A DNA stretch of 35,435 nucleotides, from contig CAUJGH010000040.1 in assembly GCA_963169575.1 (NCBI GenBank), positions 1 to 35,435 on the forward strand, written 5' to 3'. Source of the DNA: Myxococcota bacterium. GTDB lineage: Bacteria; Myxococcota_A; UBA9160; UBA4427. Below, piece after piece: positions 32,034 to 35,435 of this stretch. The position numbers and the translations under genes were made by a program. Below the pieces are notes generated by a model, which worked only from the letters and a program-made list of their open reading frames with translations, was not told the DNA's origin and ran no database searches. The number at the start of each line of letters is the position of its first letter. The first letter of the stretch is position 1.

Positions 32034-34145
32034 CTACTCGTCTGCCGCTTGCGTTTCCCGGCCCGAGCCCTCGTGGTAGAGGCGGCGGAGCAGCGTGTGC
32101 ATCGGATGCTCGCGCTGGCTGCGGAGCGCCGGCGCGAGGTCTTCGCTCTCGACGACGGCGCGGAACAGCGGCAGCGCCCGGGCACGGGCCGTGATCTGCT
32201 TGTCGAGCTTCGCGAGCTGGCGACCGCCGTCTTCGAGCTCGCGGGCGACGCGCTGGCTCTCGCTGGTCCCGAACGCCGCCGTTTCCGACATCTCACCGTC
32301 GGCCGGCGAAGCGGGCGGCGAACCGCCGCGACCGCTGCGCTGCTCGGCGAGGCCGGTCAGCTTGCGGGCGAGGCCGTCGCGCTGCTGCTTGAGGTCGGCG
32401 AGGCTCTTCTCGAGCTCGCCGAGGCCCTTCGCATCGGCGAAGCCCATGTACATGAGCACGAGCTCGTCGGAGAGCGCCCGGCGATAGACGTCGATCGTCT
32501 TCGAGCCCGCGCCGTTCTGGGCGATCCAGGAGCCGGCGTGTCGCGAGCCGGCGACGTGCTCGGCGATCGGCCGCGTGATCGCGAGGAAGTCGTTCGCGCC
32601 GCCGCGCCGCTCGAGCGCCGTCGTCAGCGCCGGCCAGAGCATGCGGTCGAAGGGGAAGGCGCGCAGGGCCATGTGGTAGCGGGAAGCCGCGAGCTGGATC
32701 TCCGCCGGCGCCGGGTTCGCGATGCCGTAGGCGATGAAGGCGTCGCCGTAGCCGCGCGCCGCTTCGTAGGCCGCGAAATACGCCGAGTCCGGGACCCAGC
32801 GCGTCGAATCGGCGACCGCATAGCGCTCGAAATGCGCCAGATATCGGGCGAAGAGCCGCGCCGCATTGCGGACCAGTTCCGCCGCCCGGGCCGGATCTTC
32901 GGTCGCTCGCGCGAGGTAGTAGTCCGCGCTGTTGAGGGTCGCTTCCTGGATCTCCTCCCAGAGCGCACGCATCGACAGGAGGTAGGACTCCTCGCCGCTG
33001 TTGCGGAAGCCCAGCTCCCGCCAATCGCCATTGCGGGCCTCGTGGAGCGAGGCATAGACCTGGTAGGCGCCTTCGATCGTGAACGGGAGCTCGACGTCGG
33101 GGTCGACGCCGAGGCGCTGCTTGGCCGCGTGGACCTCGCCCATCTGCCGCAGGATGCGCATGTAGACCGCCGCCTCGCCGGACGGCGTCTCGGCGAGATC
33201 GGCCGCCCGGGCATAGGCCGCGCCGGCGGCGCGGATGGAGGCGACCGACTCGTCCGAGAAGCCTTCGCTCGCGAGCAGTCCGCGGCTCTTGTCGTGGGCC
33301 TTGCTCGCTTCGAAGAGCACGAGGGTGAAGGTCAGGCTGCCGCCATCGGATTCGGGGCCTTCGAGGCGCGCGACGATCCGCTCGAGGTAGTCGCGGACCG
33401 ACGCCTCGACCGGGATCACCTCGGGATAGGCGCCGACGCGCTGATCGCCGAGCAGGCGGACGATCGCCGCGAGCGAGTCGAGACCGAAGCCCATGCCCAT
33501 CTCCTGGCTGCGCAGGAGGATGAGTCGCGCGACGTTCTCGTAGACGTACGGGAGGGCGGAGACGAAGCCCGAGTTCGCGGCCTGCGAGAGCGAGAGCGCC
33601 TGCAGCGTGTCGAAGGGCGACTCGAGCGGGACGACGACGTCCATCCAGAGCGAGAGGACGTGCTTCACGAACTCGGTGTCGCTGCCGCGTTCGAGCGCGC
33701 GATGGGCCTGGATGTAGTGGTACCAGTAGCGATCCTCCTGGCGGCTCTTGCCGTCGGAGAAGGCCTCGATCGTGTCGACGCTGTTCTCGAGATGCGCGGG
33801 CTCGCGCGCCGCGAGGTACTGGAGGAACTGGGCGATCGCCCGGCGGCGGGTCTGCGCGAGGTCCTCGCCGTTCTTGGCGCCGCGGTCCTCGAGCGAGCGC
33901 TTCACGTACGCGTCGAGCGAGAGGCCGACCTCGCGCTCGTAACCCGCGATCCGCGCCGCGAGCGACTGGGCGTCGGCCGAGCTGTAGATGTAGGCGTAGT
34001 CGAGATAGTCGTCCCAGGTCGCCGACCGCGCGGTCGTCGCTCCGCCGAGGGCGCCGGCGGCCAGCACGAGCGCGAAGCCCAATGCCAGACGCGCCAGACG
34101 CAGGCCGAGCCCGCTCTGTCGCCATCCCTTCATCATCGTCGTCAT
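32034..34145 (-). CDS. Secreted 703-aa predominantly alpha-helical protein with a C-terminal coiled-coil-like region; function unknown.
   Basis: The start is ATG 34145 (MTTMMKGWRQSGLGLRLARLALGFALVLAAGALGGATTARSAT), which reads as a signal peptide. The composition is balanced and GC3 is high. The track start at 34280 would overlap the upstream gene. Confidence 0.65.
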   Translation of the reverse strand: MTTMMKGWRQSGLGLRLARLALGFALVLAAGALGGATTARSATWDDYLDYAYIYSSADAQSLAARIAGYEREVGLSLDAYVKRSLEDRGAKNGEDLAQTRRRAIAQFLQYLAAREPAHLENSVDTIEAFSDGKSRQEDRYWYHYIQAHRALERGSDTEFVKHVLSLWMDVVVPLESPFDTLQALSLSQAANSGFVSALPYVYENVARLILLRSQEMGMGFGLDSLAAIVRLLGDQRVGAYPEVIPVEASVRDYLERIVARLEGPESDGGSLTFTLVLFEASKAHDKSRGLLASEGFSDESVASIRAAGAAYARAADLAETPSGEAAVYMRILRQMGEVHAAKQRLGVDPDVELPFTIEGAYQVYASLHEARNGDWRELGFRNSGEESYLLSMRALWEEIQEATLNSADYYLARATEDPARAAELVRNAARLFARYLAHFERYAVADSTRWVPDSAYFAAYEAARGYGDAFIAYGIANPAPAEIQLAASRYHMALRAFPFDRMLWPALTTALERRGGANDFLAITRPIAEHVAGSRHAGSWIAQNGAGSKTIDVYRRALSDELVLMYMGFADAKGLGELEKSLADLKQQRDGLARKLTGLAEQRSGRGGSPPASPADGEMSETAAFGTSESQRVARELEDGGRQLAKLDKQITARARALPLFRAVVESEDLAPALRSQREHPMHTLLRRLYHEGSGRETQAADE

Positions 34146-34177
34146 CCCCTCAACTCCCCTCTCAAGGCGTCGACCGC

Positions 34178-35422
34178 CTAGCGCGATGCGTGCCGGCCCC
34201 CGCCCTGAAGACATTCGAGGGCGTATCGAAGCTCGGCACAGCGATCCTCGACGCGGCGGGACGGTGCCCGGTCGATCCACATCAGGAACGCGTTCAGGTT
34301 CTTGGTCTCCACGAATCGGTAGACGCCCTTGCTACTTACGCATTCGCCCTGCGTCTTTACGGCCGCCACGACGGCCTGCTTGAGGCGATCCTCCTCGCGA
34401 TCGGTCACGCAGGCCGCGAGATCACCGAGCGGAACGCCCGAGAGTCCGGGCTTCGGGCTGCTGCCGCCTCCGCTGCCACTGCCCGGCGGCGGCGCGGCCC
34501 GATCGGCACGGGCGACGACCGGGGGCGCGGCTGCGGCACGCGGCGCGGGCGAAATCGGCGCGGCCGCCATCTCGATGCGCGGGGCCGGCCGCGCGCCAGA
34601 GGCCGTCGGCGACGGGCGCGGGGCCGCGGCGCCTCGGGTCGGGACGCTGCTTGCGGGGGGCCCGTCCATCACCGGCGCGGGCATGCCGGCCGGGGCGACA
34701 CCCGCGATCGGCCGACCGCGCGGCGCCGACGGCGCACGGGCCGCCGCGACCCGGAACGCCCGCTCGGGCGCCGCGTCGCTCGGGACGTCGATGGCGGGCG
34801 CGGCCGGGGCGGCCATGCGCGGCATCGCGCGCAGATCGGGACGAACGGCATTGCGGGCGACACGGTCGGGCTGGGGTGTGGGAGCGGCACGCTCGGGGGC
34901 GACGGCGACGGCCTCGATCTGGACCCGCGGCTTCTCGATCGGCACGGGCCGCTCGCGCACGGCCCGCTCGATCGGCGGCGCCGGCACGACCGGCAGCGGC
35001 TCGATCTTCGCGATCTCGGGCTTGACCCGGACCGGCTCGGGCTCGGGCTTCGCCGCCGGCGGCGGAGGCGGCGGGGGCTCGAGCTCGGCGACCATCGGCG
35101 GCGGCTCTGGCACGACGGGTTCGGGCACGACCGGCTCCGGAACGACGGGCTCCGGCACGATCGCTTCGGGCTCGACCGGAAGCTCCACCATCGGCGGCAC
35201 GAGCGGCGGCGCCGACTCGAGCATCACGACCTCGAGCGCCTGGCGCTCGGCCTCCTGGCTCGCGAGGCCTGCGATGACGAAGCCGAGCATCCCGAAGACC
35301 GCGAGCACGCCGAGCGCCGGACCGGCGAAGCGCCGGACGACCGCGGCCGGGCCGCCGGCGCCTGCCTCGCCCAGCAGCGCGTCGAGATCCTCGCGAAAGC
35401 CGCCGCGAGCGACGCGATGCAT
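34178..35422 (-). CDS. Single-pass membrane protein with a long Pro/Ala-rich periplasmic spacer and a 4-Cys C-terminal domain (TonB-like architecture, non-TonB C-terminus).
   Basis: 414-aa ORF. The TM helix is GPALGVLAVFGMLGFVIAGLA. A PEPVV repeat and PPPPPPP tract follow. The C-terminus is LAACVTDREEDRLKQAVVAAVKTQGECVSSKGVYRFVETKNLNAFLMWIDRAPSRRVEDRCAELRYALECLQ. Confidence 0.65.
   Translation of the reverse strand: MHRVARGGFREDLDALLGEAGAGGPAAVVRRFAGPALGVLAVFGMLGFVIAGLASQEAERQALEVVMLESAPPLVPPMVELPVEPEAIVPEPVVPEPVVPEPVVPEPPPMVAELEPPPPPPPAAKPEPEPVRVKPEIAKIEPLPVVPAPPIERAVRERPVPIEKPRVQIEAVAVAPERAAPTPQPDRVARNAVRPDLRAMPRMAAPAAPAIDVPSDAAPERAFRVAAARAPSAPRGRPIAGVAPAGMPAPVMDGPPASSVPTRGAAAPRPSPTASGARPAPRIEMAAAPISPAPRAAAAPPVVARADRAAPPPGSGSGGGSSPKPGLSGVPLGDLAACVTDREEDRLKQAVVAAVKTQGECVSSKGVYRFVETKNLNAFLMWIDRAPSRRVEDRCAELRYALECLQGGGRHASR
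35108..35182. repeat. 15-bp tandem repeat (4-5 units) encoding (PEPVV)n.
   Basis: The units are ggcacgacgggttcg / ggcacgaccggctcc / ggaacgacgggctcc / ggcacgatcgcttcg / ggctcgaccggaagc. The minus-strand translation is VPEPVVPEPVVPEPVVPEP. Confidence 0.8.
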
Positions 35423-35435
35423 CTCCGAGCGGAGC

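Noticed and set aside
34178-35422. Annotating the Pro-rich single-pass protein as TonB.
   Set aside because: The C-terminal ~85 aa (four Cys, ACVTD...ECLQ) does not resemble the TonB C-terminal domain pattern as I know it. The TM helix lacks the S-H-L-S type His motif. Only the overall architecture is TonB-like.

Overview
This is a 35.4-kb bacterial chromosomal window. It is very GC-rich (hand-counted 60-nt lines give 67-80% G+C), except for a lower-GC block from 1 to about 8.9 kb (sampled lines 48-57%). All six frames stay open over long stretches, so most long ORFs in the track are antisense or out-of-frame artefacts. I called 27 CDS using protein motifs read by eye, third-position GC, Shine-Dalgarno sequences and stop/start overlaps.

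Content from left to right:
(i) A low-GC Wzx/Wzy-type polysaccharide cassette: an edge-truncated wzx, an 808-aa secreted glycosidase-like protein, two GT4 glycosyltransferases, a SAM methyltransferase and a Wzy-like polymerase.
(ii) High-GC genes continuing the same minus-strand run: an MDR + Gfo/Idh/MocA bi-domain oxidoreductase, DUF362, a PaaK/CapK-like adenylating enzyme, an EEP-fold nuclease/phosphatase with a basic Ala/Lys/Arg-rich N-tail, a zinc-finger + histone-fold fusion protein and an LLM flavin oxidoreductase.
(iii) rmuC, a two-gene minimal-nucleotidyltransferase module, a DUF1214 / sulfotransferase / SDR operon, and argC.
(iv) An ECF sigma factor, then a 1004-aa PEP-CTERM protein (dimethylformamidase-beta-like domain plus two LamG-like repeats), then tag.
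(v) A 460-bp convergent intergenic region filled by two inverted ~150-bp REPIN/MITE-like elements, class I lysyl-tRNA synthetase, and a 124-nt near-perfect extended hairpin.
(vi) A 4-gene envelope operon: a Pro-rich single-pass protein, a 703-aa secreted helical protein, a lipoprotein, and an ExbB/MotA-like channel with no visible ExbD/MotB partner.

Seven gene junctions use 4-nt stop/start overlaps: ATGA at 3670, 12209, 18427 and 27772; GTGA at 8424 and 13618; TTGA at 21323. I recognised no rRNA, tRNA, CRISPR array, transposase or integrase.

The best candidates for something new are the zinc-finger-histone plus basic-tailed EEP gene pair and the orphan ExbB-like four-gene envelope operon. 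All family names come from motif recognition by eye and need HMM or structure confirmation.
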